Assembly (NCBI GenBank): GCA_964016885.1
Contig: OZ024757.1
Location: 32,984,001 to 33,048,000, forward strand
Direction of reading: 5' to 3'
DNA from: Eledone cirrhosa
Lineage: Eukaryota
Length of the DNA: 64,000 nt
Shown here one piece after another: positions 13,190 to 26,552 of this stretch. Under the pieces are notes generated by a model. The model had not been told where the DNA came from. It saw only the letters and a program-made list of their open reading frames with translations, and did no database searches. How positions within the stretch are numbered: the first letter of the stretch is position 1; each line of letters begins with the position of its first letter. Made by a program: the position numbers and the translations under genes.

Positions 13190-13628
13190 ATGAAAATTAT
13201 TGTGTACAGTGCTCAGGTGCACTATCACGCATCAAAGGTGCATGTATAGTACATAGAATAATGTACAAATGTCAAGAAAGTAAATAGTGTATGAGTCATG
13301 ATATACAGACAGATACATGCGTATGTGTGTATGAAGGGAGAATATCAGGTGTAGTGTTGGCGAATTTCAGGAAGCATGGAGATTTTGAAGGATGCAGTGT
13401 CCCGACAGCTAACAACTGATGCAGGTAGTTTGTTCCATGCTTCAGCAACTCCGAGAGTGGAAAAATGTTTCCAAAAGTCATGGGAGCTGTGCTGTTTTCT
13501 GACTTTGTAGGCATGCCCATGGGTGTTAGACACATGGAATTCAAAAAGGTGCCCAGGGTTGTTATTGGCAAGATGGTAAATAATTTTGTGGGTGTCTACC
13601 AAGTCAGTTGCCAGACATCGGAGTTTCA
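13190..13628 (-). mobile_element. CR1-group LINE 3' fragment
   Basis: LRCLATDLVDTHKII..SNTHGHAYKVRKQHSSHDFWKHFSTLGVAEAWNKLPASVV; same 3' UTR as 3963-4308 and 23575-23710. Confidence 0.85.
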
Positions 13629-13632
13629 TATA

Positions 13633-13665
<33 letters not shown>

Positions 13666-13845
13666 TCATACATGCATATGTGTATATACATATATATCAT
13701 CATCATCATTTAATGTCTATCTTCCATGCTAGCATGGATATATATATATATATACATATATGTGCATCTATGAATATATATATATGTATATGTATATGTA
13801 TATGAATATATGTAATCATCATTTTATATCTGTTTTCCATGCTTG

Positions 13846-13883
<38 letters not shown>

Positions 13884-14811
13884 TTACATACATATGTGCC
13901 TATGTATGCATACACACACATATATATATATATATATATGCACATGTTACATATATATATATATACTTCCTGATGAGGGAGTTGATGAAATCCTGTTTAC
14001 ATATCTCCAACTTTCTTCAAAGACGCAGGAAATCATTAGACTCCTCCACAACATTCACCACCACCACCACCACCACCACCTCTACAATCACCCCCCTCCA
14101 CAATCCTCACCATCACCACCAAAACTGCCACCACCAACACCACCACCATCACAAACCATCAACCACCACCGCCTCCACAATCACCCCCCTCCACAATCAT
14201 CACTGCCACCATCACAAACCATCAACCATCACCTCCACAATCATCACACCATTACCACCACCAAAATTGCCACCACCATTACCCCTACCACTACGCCAGT
14301 CCACTAATTCCCCTCAAACAACACGAAAAGCCAGCAAAGCCCAAGAAGGAAATGACATTTTTTTTTATCCAGAAGAAGCCACCATTAGCAGCAGACACCA
14401 AATTATTGAATTTAAATAAACAAACAATATAATCACCATAATTCTTGCATTGTTTTGTCTATTAACTAACATATTTCACTGCAGCCAACAAGTCTCTCTC
14501 TCTGTCTCTCTCCCACTCACACACACACTGTTTCTCTGTCTCTCAAGCACACACATGCACTCTCTGTCTCTCTCACACGAGCACACACACACACACTCTC
14601 TGTCTCTCTCCCACTCACACACACACTGTCTCTCTGTCTCTCAAGCACACACATGCACTCTCTGTCTCTCTCACACGAGCACACACACACACACTCTCTG
14701 TCTCTCACACACACACACACACTCTCTCTCTCACACATGTACACACACACTCTCTCTCTCTCACACATGTACACACACACTCTCTGACTCTCTCTATCTA
14801 TTTATCTATCT

Positions 14812-14978
14812 AGCACATTTTTTCGGGGTTACCCATATGTAATGTCTCCCCCTATTGGGGAAAATCAATTAATTTTTAAATTGCATTTGTGATAGTATTT
14901 TACATGTTTTTATTGTATGTAAACTTCCCCCTTTGTATTGTCCCCTTCTTTTGTGCCCCTGTGGCTAATAAAGAAACA
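14812..14978 (+). mobile_element. Short 3'-UTR fragment of a relative of the Tx1-like element, in a (CT)n/(TATC)n tract
   Basis: Shares GTCTCCCCCTATTGGGGAA hairpin and CC(C/T)TGTGG(C/T)TAATAAAGAAA terminus with the 3' UTR at 37149-37320. Confidence 0.75.
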
Positions 14979-15057
<79 letters not shown>

Positions 15058-15589
15058 ATCTGTCTCTTTCTCTCTCTCTCTATCTCTATCTCTGTCTCTG
15101 TCTCTCCATCTCTCTCTCTCTCTATCTCTATCTATCTCTATCTCTTTCTCTCTCTCTCTCTATCTATATCTGTCTCTCTGTCTCTCTCTCTCCCTCAAAC
15201 ACCCACCAGCCACGTTGGGACACTGGGTCAACTTCGTACATCAACGCCCACCAACAGATTGGTACTTTTAACACAACTGACACACCTAGATATTGGAGCT
15301 GGTCATTAGCAACGCCATCACCATCAACACCACCACCACCATCAACACCACCACCACCACCATCATCATCACCATCTCCATCAACACCACCACCATCAAC
15401 ACCACCACCACCACCACCATCATCACCACCACCATTATCATCATCATCACTACCACCAACACCATTATCTTCATCTTCGTCACCACCACGGGGAAACATC
15501 ATCATCATCACCAACACAACAGTAGCAGCAGCTCAATATTTCTAATTATATACTTCCTAATTAAATTCATGTTAATCAACTGTATGTGA

Positions 15590-15640
15590 CACCTATACAC
15601 ACATGTGTATATACAGTTACATACACATACATAGCTGCAT

Positions 15641-15682
<42 letters not shown>

Positions 15683-15706
15683 GCATATATATACATACAT
15701 ATACAT

Positions 15707-15743
<37 letters not shown>

Positions 15744-15938
15744 CACACACATATATATATACATATGCATATATATACATACATACATATACATACATAT
15801 ACATATATACATACATATACATACATATACATACATATACATATATACATACATATACATACATATACATACATACATATACATACATATACATACATAC
15901 ATACATATACATACATATACATATATATATATATATAC

Positions 15939-15983
<45 letters not shown>

Positions 15984-16030
15984 CATATACATATATATAT
16001 ATATATATATACATATATATACATATATAC

Positions 16031-16115
<85 letters not shown>
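15590..16115. repeat. Compound (TA)n/(CA)n/(CATA)n microsatellite
   Basis: Direct reading; representative of dozens of similar tracts (e.g. 25620-26090, 28525-28955, 58305-58650). Confidence 0.95.
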
Positions 16116-16118
<3 letters not shown>

Positions 16119-16318
16119 TGGCTGCCAACTCGTTTTCAAGTACGGCCACTACTTTATATCCATGTAGGAGAACCCCTACCGATGCGCTGAACAAGTGTGA
16201 CTTTTTAGTCCAGCCAGCGACTTGAAAACTCTGGTACAAACACTACACTTGTGACAATTATTGACACATAGTGCTGGGCCCATGGTACCATGTGACGACA
16301 AGTGCAGAGAGATCTCCA
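16116..16318 (-). mobile_element. 3' end of an RTE-like element with C2H2-like remnant
   Basis: [19 protein letters not shown]..; ends GAGTTGGCAGCCACC(AT)n; copies at 26553 and 59188. Confidence 0.7.
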
Positions 16319-16453
16319 TCATCATCGTTTAACGTCCATCTTCCACGCTAGCATGGGTTTAGATGGGAATTGTACCACTTGAGGCAAGATTGGTTGTCTC
16401 GCTTGTATAGGACTGTCTGGCAGGTTTTCTACGGCTGGATGCCCTTCCTAACA

Positions 16454-16521
<68 letters not shown>

Positions 16522-17214
16522 ATTGATTTTGCTCTGATACTTACATAGAGCACTCTTCACTTCTATGACCTTTTCTGTTTTCAACGGAAATTTCAATACA
16601 TATATATATATATATATATATCATTATCATCATCACCATGTAATGTCATATTTTTCCAGACTAGCATGGGTTAGACAGGTTGTCCATGTTATGAGGCAAT
16701 TCTGGTCAGTTGGCCACGCCGTGCCTTGCTCAAACAGAACTGTATTTTAGCTGGGCTTTTTTAACATCTATTGATGTTAAATATCTAGAGATGCCCTCCC
16801 TAACACCAACCACATTTAGACTATGGTACTGGGTGGTCTTGCTTATGAGGCAAGTCAGGCAAGTTGGCTGCACCTTACCTTGCTTACAGCAGGACCGATA
16901 TTGTGGTATACATTTCCAGTCCTTTACATTCTGAGTTCAAATCCTGTTGAGGTTAGCATTGCCTTTCATCCTTACAGGAGTCAATAAAATAAAGCACCTA
17001 TAACAAACTGGGGTCGATTTAATCGACTTTCCCCTTCTTCGAATTGCTAACCTTGTTCCAAAAGTAGAAACAATTATGATATTGAAAAGGTATTTTTAAT
17101 ATTTGAAATAAATAAAATTTTGTGTATTAAATAAAGAACTGGTGGCACATAGCCCACACTGAACAATGAAAGTGTTGTGCCATGATGAAGAGCACTTGGT
17201 GCACCCTGTAAGGT

Positions 17215-17420
17215 GGTAATGTTGCTGCTACAACAAAAAGCACACAGACCACCCTGTAAGGTGGAAGGGTTGGTGCCACAACAAAAAGCACACAGACCAC
17301 CCTGTAAGGAGGTAGGGTTGGTGCTACAACAAAAAGCACACAGACCACCCTGTAAGGTGGTAGTGGTGATTTCACAAAAAAAAAAAAAAGAGCACACAGT
17401 CCATCCTGTAAAGTGGTAAT
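17215..17420 (+). repeat. 48-bp minisatellite (SINE-internal unit)
   Basis: ~4 copies of GTGCYACAACAAAAAGCACACAGACCACCCTGTAAGGTGG.. Confidence 0.85.
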
Positions 17421-17725
17421 GGTGGTTTTCCAATCAGAATCACTCAGTCTACCAAACCCTGAGATGGTAGAGGTGGTACCACAACACAATGCTCCCTGTA
17501 CATGCTATCATGTGACTGGCATTAGGTAGGGAATCTAACTATAGAAACCAAACAGAAACAGAGAGTCTGAGCAAGACACGGTCACCTGAACATTCTAACC
17601 TATGGAAACATGGAAAATAGACATTAAATGGTGATGATGATGATGATATATATATATGTGTGTGTGTGTATGTGTGTGTGCGTGGGGGTATGAATATATG
17701 TGTGTACACCCACACACCCACACAC

Positions 17726-17790
<65 letters not shown>

Positions 17791-17832
17791 TGCACACATA
17801 TATATATATTTATACATAGATATACATACATA

Positions 17833-19077
17833 AGGGGTGTGTGTATCAGAAAAGTTCCAGGACTGATGTCACAAAAGATTTATTTCAAACCCAAACTTCA
17901 CACTAAGAGTTTTCTCCTTCAAAGTAATCCCCTTGGAGTCTAATGCACTTTTCCATCCTTTTCTGTCACACTTGCATGCACTCCTGGAAGGATTCTTCCG
18001 GGATCCTCCGCAGTTCCATCGTCACGGTCTTTTTGATGTCGTCCACATCTTCAAAACGGGTCCCCTTGATGGCCCCCTTGAGCTTGGGGAATAGGAAAAA
18101 ATCACACAGAACTGTTGGATGCTTAGGGCATTGTGAACAGGCGTGTTGTCATGGTGAAGCAGCCACGAGTTGTCCTGCCACAATTCTCGCCTCTTCTCAC
18201 GCACTGAACGAAGCAAACGCTGCAGTATCTCTTTGTAGACATGTTGGTTAATCGTCTGGCCCTGTGGCAAGAACTCGCAGTGGACGATCCCCCTCACATC
18301 GAAGAATGTGATCAACATGACCTTGACTTTGGACATCGACTGTGGTGCTTTCTTCGGCATTGGCGACGACGGAGTCTTCCACTGAAGGCTCTGGCGTTTG
18401 GTTTCCGGGTCGTACTTGAAGTTCCATGACTCATCACCGGTGATGACTGTCCCTAGCAAGTCTGGTTTGGTTTGGTTTCAAGACGCTTGAGGATGTCCTG
18501 GCACACTTGCATGCGTCGACCCTTCTGGTCATCGTTCAGCAGTTTTGGCACCATCTTCGCGCAGACTTTCCGCATGTCCAAATCTTCAGTGATAATCTTC
18601 CAGACGCTGTCCCGATCCATGCCCAGCTCATTTGCCATCAGTCGAATAGTCAGCAGACGATCGATACACACCATCTGCCTGATGCGCTCAACGTTGACCT
18701 CAGTCCTGGTTGTTGAGGGCCTTCCGCTCCTGGGGTCATCTTCCACGTCCTCACGTCCTTGTTTAAACCTCTTGCACCACTAAAAAACACATGAGCGTGA
18801 CATCGTCTTATCTCCATACACTTGCAGCAATCCCAGTGCTTCTGACGGAGTTTTCCCCAACCGTACCAGAAACTTCAAGTTTGTTTGTTGCTCTGTGCTC
18901 ATTGCTTGATGACCTGAAACAGAGGACATGTATATAAAATTATGAAGAAAAAAGTTAGATCGCTGTAGAGAGCTAAGGTTACATACTCCAGGGGATTACT
19001 TTGAAGAAGAAAACTCTTAGTGTGAAGTTTGGGTTTGAAATAAATCTTTTGTCCTGGAACTTTTCTGACACACCTCG
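17833..19077 (-). mobile_element. Mariner-like element with TA target sites and defective transposase
   Basis: TA-flanked TIRs (..AGAAAAGTTCCAGGAC); transposase 18902->17903: MSTEQQTNLKFLVRLGKTPSEA, EDDPRSGRP, CAKMVPKLL, ITGDESW, LHHDN, QGDYFEG; in-frame stop, frameshift and internal deletion. Confidence 0.92.
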
Positions 19078-19829
19078 TATATACATACATATATATATGC
19101 ACACACACACACAAACACACACAAACACATATATATACAAAACATCCCATGACTAATGGTTACTGGAATCACTGCAGTTAGTAAATATAACTGCTGTCAG
19201 TAAAACACTGATACAGACCTGGTCAACCAACCATCCTTCATCATTGTAAACAAAGAGTAGAATAATTGTCTATGGCGCTATTAAATCTTTGGAAGGGGAA
19301 ATTCCAATGAGACAGACAGTCTGTCTGTGTTTTTGTTTATTTTAGCACTAAACCCACTGTGATTTCTTTTTAAAAATATATATAAAAATACTACTAATAA
19401 TAATAACAACAATATATATATATACACACATATATTTACCCATACATATACATACTTATATACATCTATATATATATATATATATCATCATCATTATCAC
19501 CATTTTACATCCATTCTTCCAATGCTAGCATGGGTTACACGTGTTGTCCTGTTGTGGGCAATGCTAAGTCAGGTACTATGCCTTGCTTATGCAGAACTGA
19601 TTTTGGCTTGTAAATATATATATACATATACATACACACATATATATATATATATATATACATATACACAAATACAGACATATACATATATACATATACA
19701 TATATACATATACATATATACATATACATATATACATATATATACACACACATACTCTCTCACACACACATATGCATATATGTATGTATGTATGTATATA
19801 AAAGCCCCGAAAAACTCCCAAGTAAAAAA

Positions 19830-20020
19830 ACCTGGGTCTTCAACTGCAAGAAAGATTAATATAACCCATGGTATCTTTGTGGACGATCTTAAGACCTATA
19901 CAATGAGTGCTCCATGAACAGCTGGAGCTAATAACATTTTCAGCTGATATAGCGAAGGAATTTGATCAAAAGGAATGCGTGTATTTTTGATAGTTAAACG
20001 TGGGAAAACTACTTTGCAAA
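19830..20020 (+). mobile_element. R4/Dong-like RT fragment
   Basis: [22 protein letters not shown] motif. Confidence 0.65.
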
Positions 20021-20109
20021 TGAAAAATATTTATATAATAACAATGGTCTCTCTCTCTCTGTATGCACACACACACACACACACATATATATATTATATG
20101 TGTGTGTGT

Positions 20110-20355
20110 GTGACAGCTCACACCTATGCAGATTTAGCTGGCCTCCTCCAAGGTATATCTCGTTGGAGGTGTCTTGGATAATTTAATGATAGGGACCCCA
20201 GTCCTATCATCTCATTTCTACAGCTGAATAAACTGGAGCAACGTGAAATAAAGTGCCTTGCTCAAGGAAACAACATATCACCCGGTCCGAGAATTGAACT
20301 CACAACCTTTTGATTGCAAGCCCAATGCTCTAATCACTAAGCCATGCGCCTTCAC
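20110..20355 (-). mobile_element. tRNA-SINE variant with (CA)n tail
   Basis: Same head as 6341; body ends GCATAGGTGTGAGCTGTCACACA; second copy 55148-55388 (+). Confidence 0.75.
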
Positions 20356-20392
<37 letters not shown>

Positions 20393-20544
20393 TCACTCTC
20401 ACACACACACGCACACTCACGCACATACATATATAGAGTAACTTTTACAAAGTTAGCTATGGGAGATTCCTAGCAGAACAATCTAAAATAAACCTGCTCT
20501 ACTGTTAATCTTGCCACTAACAGGTGAATCATCATCATTTCCGT

Positions 20545-20772
20545 TTAACCCTTTAGCATTCACATTACTCTATATATACTATTATATTTTCATGGTAAAG
20601 GCTTTACCTCACATAATTATCTCACATAATATCGAATCTATGAGATTTTGAAAGTATTTATTTTGAGAACAATACCTTAACATCAGTTTGAGCAACCAGT
20701 TACAGCCAGTTTCAACAGAAAGAGGTAGAGAATTCTGGCCGGTTTTGGCCGGTTTGAACACTAAAGGGTTAA
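20545..20772. mobile_element. piggyBac-type TTAA MITE
   Basis: TTAACCCTTTAG..CTAAAGGGTTAA. Confidence 0.85.
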
Positions 20773-21026
20773 AGTTAATTTTGCCACGCTTGCATTGGGT
20801 TTGACGGGTCATCCATGCTGGGAGGCAAGTCTGGCCAGTGTTAGCCATGTGTTGCACCTTCCTGCGGGGAAGACTGTAAATTTGGCTGGGTACTTTACAG
20901 CTGGATGCCTTTCCTAACTCCAACCACATAAACAGTGTGGAACTGCATGGCTACGTCATGAGGAGGGACAGGCCAGTTGGCCGTGCCGAACCCATCTCAC
21001 AATGGAACCGTGTTTTTAGAGTCCAA

Positions 21027-23365
21027 CCCATCTCACAGTGTAGCCATAGTTTTGGGGGTCGGGTACTGGGTGGCACTGTTGTGAGGAGCCTAAACCCATC
21101 ACACAGTGTAGCCCCAGTTTTGGGGGTCGGGTACTGGGTGGCACTGTTGTGAGGAGCCTAAACCCATCACACAGTGTAGCCCCAGTTTTGGGGGTCGGGT
21201 ACTGGGTGGCACTGTTGTGAGGAGCCTAAACCCATCACACAGTGTAGCCCCAGTTTTGGGGGTCGGGTACTGGGTGGCACTGTTTTGAGGAGCCTAAACC
21301 CATCTCACAGTGTAGCCCCAGTTTTGGGGGTCGGGTACTGGGTGGCACTGTTGTGAGGAGCCTAAACCCATCTCACAGTGTAGCCCCAGTTTTGGGGGTC
21401 GGGTACTGGGTGGCACTGTTGTGAGGAGCCTAAACCCATCACACAGTGTAGCCCCAGTTTTGGGGGTCGGGTACTGGGTGGCACTGTTGTGAGGAGCCTA
21501 AACCCATCACACAGTGTAGCCCCAGTTTTGGGGGTCGGGTACTGGGTGGCACTGTTGTGAGGAGCCTAAACCCATCTCACAGTGAAGCCCCAGTTTTGGG
21601 GGTCGGGTACTGGGTGGCACTGTTGTGAGGAGCCTAAACCCATCTCACAGTGTAGCCCCAGTTTTGGGGGTCGAGTACTGGGTGGCACTGTTGTGAGGAG
21701 CCTAAACCCATCACACAGTGTAGCCCCAGTTTTGGGGGTCGGGTACTGGGTGGCACTGTTTTGAGGAGCCTAAACCCATCACACAGTGTAGCCCCAGTTT
21801 TGGGGGTCGGGTACTGGGTGGCACTGTTGTGAGGAGCCTAAACCCATCTCACAGTGTAGCCCCAGTTTTGGGGGTCGGGTACTGGGTGGCACTGTTGTGA
21901 GGAGCCTAAACCCATCTCACAGTGAAGCCCCAGTTTTGGGGGTCGGGTACTGGGTGGCACTGTTTTGAGGAGCCTAAACCCATCACACAGTGTAGCCCCA
22001 GTTTTGGGGGTCGGGTACTGGGTGGCACTGTTGTGAGGAGCCTAAACCCATCTCACAGTGTAGCCACAGTTTTGGGGTTCGGGTACTGGGTGGCACTGTT
22101 GTGAGGAGCCTAAACCCATCACACAGTGTAGCCCCAGTTTTGGGGGTCGGGTACTGGGTGGCACTGTTGTGAGGAGCCTAAACCCATCACACAGTGTAGC
22201 CCCAGTTTTGGGGGTCGGGTACTGGGTGGCACTGTTGTGAGGAGCCTAAACCCATCTCACAGTGAAGCCCCAGTTTTGGGGGTCGGGTACTGGGTGGCAC
22301 TGTTGTGAGGAGCCTAAACCCATCTCACAGTGTAGCCCCAGTTTTGGGGGTCGAGTACTGGGTGGCACTGTTGTGAGGAGCCTAAACCCATCACACAGTG
22401 TAGCCCCAGTTTTGGGGGTCGGGTACTGGGTGGCACTGTTGTGAGGAGCCTAAACCCATCTCACAGTGAAGCCCCAGTTTTGGGGGTCGGGTACTGGGTG
22501 GCACTGTTTTGAGGAGCCTAAACCCATCTCACAGTGTAGCCCCAGTTTTGGGGGTCGGGTACTGGGTGGCACTGTTGTGAGGAGCCTAAACCCATCACAC
22601 AGTGTAGCCCCAGTTTTGGGGGTCAGGTACTGGGTGGCACTGTTGTGAGGAGCCTAAACCCATCTCACAGTGTAGCCCCAGTTTTGGGGGTCAGGTACTG
22701 GGTGACACTGTTGTGAGGAGCCTAAACCCATCTCACAGTGTAGCCCCAGTTTTGGGAGTCGGGTACTGGGTGGCACTGTTGTGAGGAGCCTAAACCCATC
22801 TCACAGTGTAGCCCCAGTTTTGGGGGTCGGGTACTGGGTGGCACTGTTGTGAGGAGCCTAAACCCATCTCACAGTGTAGCCCCAGTTTTGGGGGTCGGGT
22901 ACTGGGTGGCACTGTTGTGAGGAGCCTAAACCCATCTCACAGTGTAGCCCCAGTTTTGGGAGTCGGGTACTGGGTGGCACTGTTGTGAGTAGCCTAAACC
23001 CATCTCACAGTGTAGCCCCAGTTTTGGGGGTCGGGTACTGGGTGGCACTGTTGTGAGGAGCCTAAACCCATCTCACAGTGTAGCCCCAGTTTTGGGGGTC
23101 GGGTACTGGGTGGCACTGTTGTGAGGAGCCTAAACCCATCTCACAGTGTAGCCCCAGTTTTGGGAGTCGGGTACTGGGTGGCACTGTTGTGAGGAGCCTA
23201 AACCCATCTCACAGTGTAGCCCCAGTTTTGGGGGTCGGGTACTGGGTGGCACTGTTGTGAGGAGCCTAAACCCATCTCACAGTGTAGCCCCAGTTTTGGG
23301 AGTCGGGTACTGGGTGGCACTGTTGTGAGGAGCCTAAACCCATCTCACAGTGTAGCCACAGTTTT
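21027..23365. repeat. 68-bp tandem array, ~34 near-identical copies
   Basis: Unit CCCATCWCACAGTGTAGCCCCAGTTTTGGGGGTCGGGTACTGGGTGGCACTGTTGTGAGGAGCCTAAA, no unique spacers. Confidence 0.97.
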
Positions 23366-24027
23366 AATAACAATTGTTTCTACTTTTGGCACAAGGCTAG
23401 CAATTACCCCAGAGCATTACTGGTACTTTATTTTATCGTCCCCGTAAGGATGAAAGGCAAAATTAACCTCAGCGAGATTAGAACTCAGAATGGAAAGGGC
23501 TGTAACTCTATGCATCAAGGCATGGCATCCGACCCTCTACCGAGTTTTAATAATAATTATAATAATAATAATAATGAAATTATTGTGTACAGTGCTCAGG
23601 TGCACTACAACTCATCAAAGGTGCATGTATAGTACAGAGAATAATATACAAATGTCAGAAAAATGAACAGTGTATGAGTCATGAAACACATGTGTGCTTA
23701 TGTATGGTGGGGGGATACAAATGGACCTGGTACTGGGTGGCACCGTTATGAGGAGGGGATATTTGATTATGTTTTTAAAGAAGACATCTGATGAGCCTGA
23801 AATTCCTTAATATTGTCCATTGTATATAATGGAATGGTCAATATTTTCTTATCAGACAAAACTGCACTAAGACGAGATTAACAGCAGAGCAGGCTTATCT
23901 TAGACTGCTGTGCTAGGAATCTCTTATCACTAACTTTGTAAAAGTTATTCAATATATGTATATAATTCTCTAAGTGGTATTTTTAGTACATCATCAGTGA
24001 TAAATACCCTTCTGTTTTATATATATA

Positions 24028-24409
24028 CTAGCAGCTAAGCCCGGTTGCACCCGGGGCCACTTTTTATTAAGTAAATAATTTGAAAAATATTATTGAAAGT
24101 TTATTATAAAGAAGCAGTTTCAGGAAAAAAAATAGAAATATGCACTTGGGGCGGGACGGCGTACAATGAGAAGTGGAGCGACATGAAAAGCGTTGTTTAT
24201 TAACAGCGAAATAGCAATGTCGATGATATGCAATTTGAAAAATACTACTTACTGTTAGTGGTGGTTAACATGTATTAGAATTAAAATAAAAACACGCGTC
24301 CCTTCTTTGCAATTTAAGGGTTTTATTTCTTTTGATGGAAAACAGTGACCGTACTGCAGAATCGATTTCATAAAACGGTACTGTATGATCGTTAAATGTA
24401 GAAGGATGA
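24028..24409 (-). mobile_element. Non-autonomous Helitron (~380 bp)
   Basis: Minus strand A|TCATCCTTCTAC ... CCCGG-GTGCAA-CCGGG hairpin, CTTAGCTG, CTAG|T: 5'-TC, subterminal hairpin, 3'-CTAG, A|T target. Confidence 0.75.
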
Positions 24410-25016
24410 TAGTTACGGCCCTTGCCATTCTGAGTTCAAATCCCGCCGAGGTTTACTTTGCTTTCATCCTTACAGGGTCGATAAAATAAAGTACCAGTAA
24501 TGCACTGGGTAATTACTGGCCTTGTGCCAAAAGTAGAAACAATTATTACTGGTAGAACGGCAGACAACATGCTTTGCGGCATAGAGTTACGTCCCTTTAC
24601 AAACCATGTTCAAATCCCGCGGAGGTTAGCTTTGCCTTTCATCCTTAAAGGGTTGATAAAATAAAGTACCAGTAATTCACTGGAGTCAATTTAATCGACT
24701 TTACCCTCCCCAAATATTGTTGGTCTTGTGACCAAATCAGAAAAAAACCATTATTATTAGTATTATTGAGGATGGTGGATTGGCAGTAGCCTTGCAGCAT
24801 AGAGTTATGGCCCTTTACATTCTGAGTTCAAATCCCGCTGAGATTAATTTTGTCTTTCATCCTTACGGGGTCGATAAAATAAAGTACCAGTAATGTACTG
24901 GGGTTGATTTAATCGACTTTCTCCTCCCCCAAAATTGTTGGTCTTCTGCCTAAATCAGAAACCATTGCACCAGTAATGCACTGAGATAATGGCTGGCCTT
25001 GTGCCAAAAGTAGAAA

Positions 25017-25020
<4 letters not shown>
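24410..25020 (+). mobile_element. Head-to-tail cluster of (TAT)n-tailed tRNA-SINEs
   Basis: Three GTTCAAATCCCGC B-boxes each followed by TTTCATCCTTA..GG(T/C)GATAAAATAAAGTACCAG. Confidence 0.85.
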
Positions 25021-25061
<41 letters not shown>

Positions 25062-25064
<3 letters not shown>

Positions 25065-25417
25065 TTTGAGTCTCAGTCATTGATGTTATTTAACTGGAAA
25101 TTTGTTCAAATGAACATCAAGCCTCTACCTGCAGCCTTAGATATTCAGGACGTATCGGAGGGTTCTTGCTGTTCCCAGCAAGCATGCCTTTTGAAGTGTT
25201 CCAAAAAATGGCGCTGGAGTAATCTTTTTTAATCATCCTTGAAAATTCTTTGAAATAGTACCTAGTGCTCCAATGACAATCGGACAACCTTGATCTCAAG
25301 ACAGTTCCAAATTATTTTAAACTCCCACTTTAAATCCTGGTGTCGGTTAATTTTCTCCCTCTCCTTTTCTTGCACTCTCGTGTCAAATGGGATGGCTACA
25401 TCTACAATCAGGCACTT
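25062..25417 (-). mobile_element. R4/Dong-like RLE retrotransposon 3' fragment in (TAA)n
   Basis: KCLIVDVAIPFDTRVQEKEREKINRHQDLKWE..IVIGALGT..LQKACLLGTARTLRYVL; (TAA)n on both sides. Confidence 0.85.
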
Positions 25418-25603
25418 ATTATTATTATTATTATTATGGGGTTTTTGTTTTCACTTTGAAACATTGAGTATAAAGTATTTTAGACGCCCTGAAGAGGAAA
25501 CCAACCAAAAAAACAAGACAACAAGCCGTCTAATCAACAGAATTAAAAAAAATTAAACATAACACAAAACAAATATGCAATCACACACACACACCTCACT
25601 CTG

Positions 25604-25681
<78 letters not shown>

Positions 25682-26094
25682 GGAGCCAGTATGGAAAAAC
25701 GGATGTAAAATTGATGATGATGATGAGGATATATATATATATATATATACGCATAGATATATATAGAGAGAGAGAGATACATATATATATAAATACATAT
25801 ATATATATATAAATATATATATATATGCATATATATATATGCATATATATATATATATACATACACATATATATATATACACATACACACACATATATAT
25901 ACATACATACACATATATATATATACATACACTCATATATATACATATATATATGCATATATATATATACATAAATATATATATATATATATATACATAT
26001 ATGCATATATGTATATGTATATATATGCATACATATATATGTATACATATATATATATGCATACATATATATTAATACATATATATGTATATAT

Positions 26095-26438
26095 CATTTC
26101 ATTTCATCATTTCATTTTACGGCCGCTTTTCCCTGCTTGCAAGGGTGGGACGGGAACTGATTCTGGCTTGATTTCTACAGCTGGATGCCCTTCCTAACAC
26201 CAACCTCATTTACAGTGAGTGCTGGGTGCTTTTTTTGCCGTGGCACCTACACGACCACTTTGCAGTGGAATGATAGAGACCCCAGTCCCTATCATCTCAT
26301 TTCTACAGCTGAGTAAACTGGAGCAATGTGAAATAAAGTGTCTTGCTCAAGGAAACAACACACCACCCGGTCTGAGAATTGAACTCACAACCTTTCGATT
26401 GCAAGGCCAATGCTCTAACCACTAAGCCATGTGCCTCC
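26095..26438 (-). mobile_element. Full-length composite tRNA-SINE with RTE-like tail
   Basis: tRNA head, CCTTGAGCAAGACACTTTATTTC body, TTAGGAAGGGCATCCAGC module, GCAAGCAGGGAAAAGCGG..AAAATGA tail; near-identical copy 47797-48144, related 62248-62600. Confidence 0.85.
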
Positions 26439-26469
<31 letters not shown>

Positions 26470-26552
26470 CATATATATGTATATATATGTATGCATACAT
26501 ATATATATATATATGCATATATATATACATATATGCATATATAAATATACAT

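Noticed and set aside
13600-16240. Long YI/HT/CV-rich ORFs (also 25550-29050, 46780-47640, 58250-59310)
   Set aside because: Stop-free readings of (TA)n/(CA)n microsatellites.
21027-23365. CRISPR-like array or repetitive CDS
   Set aside because: Units are contiguous with no unique spacers, there are no cas genes, the context is eukaryotic, and frames hit stops every few units.
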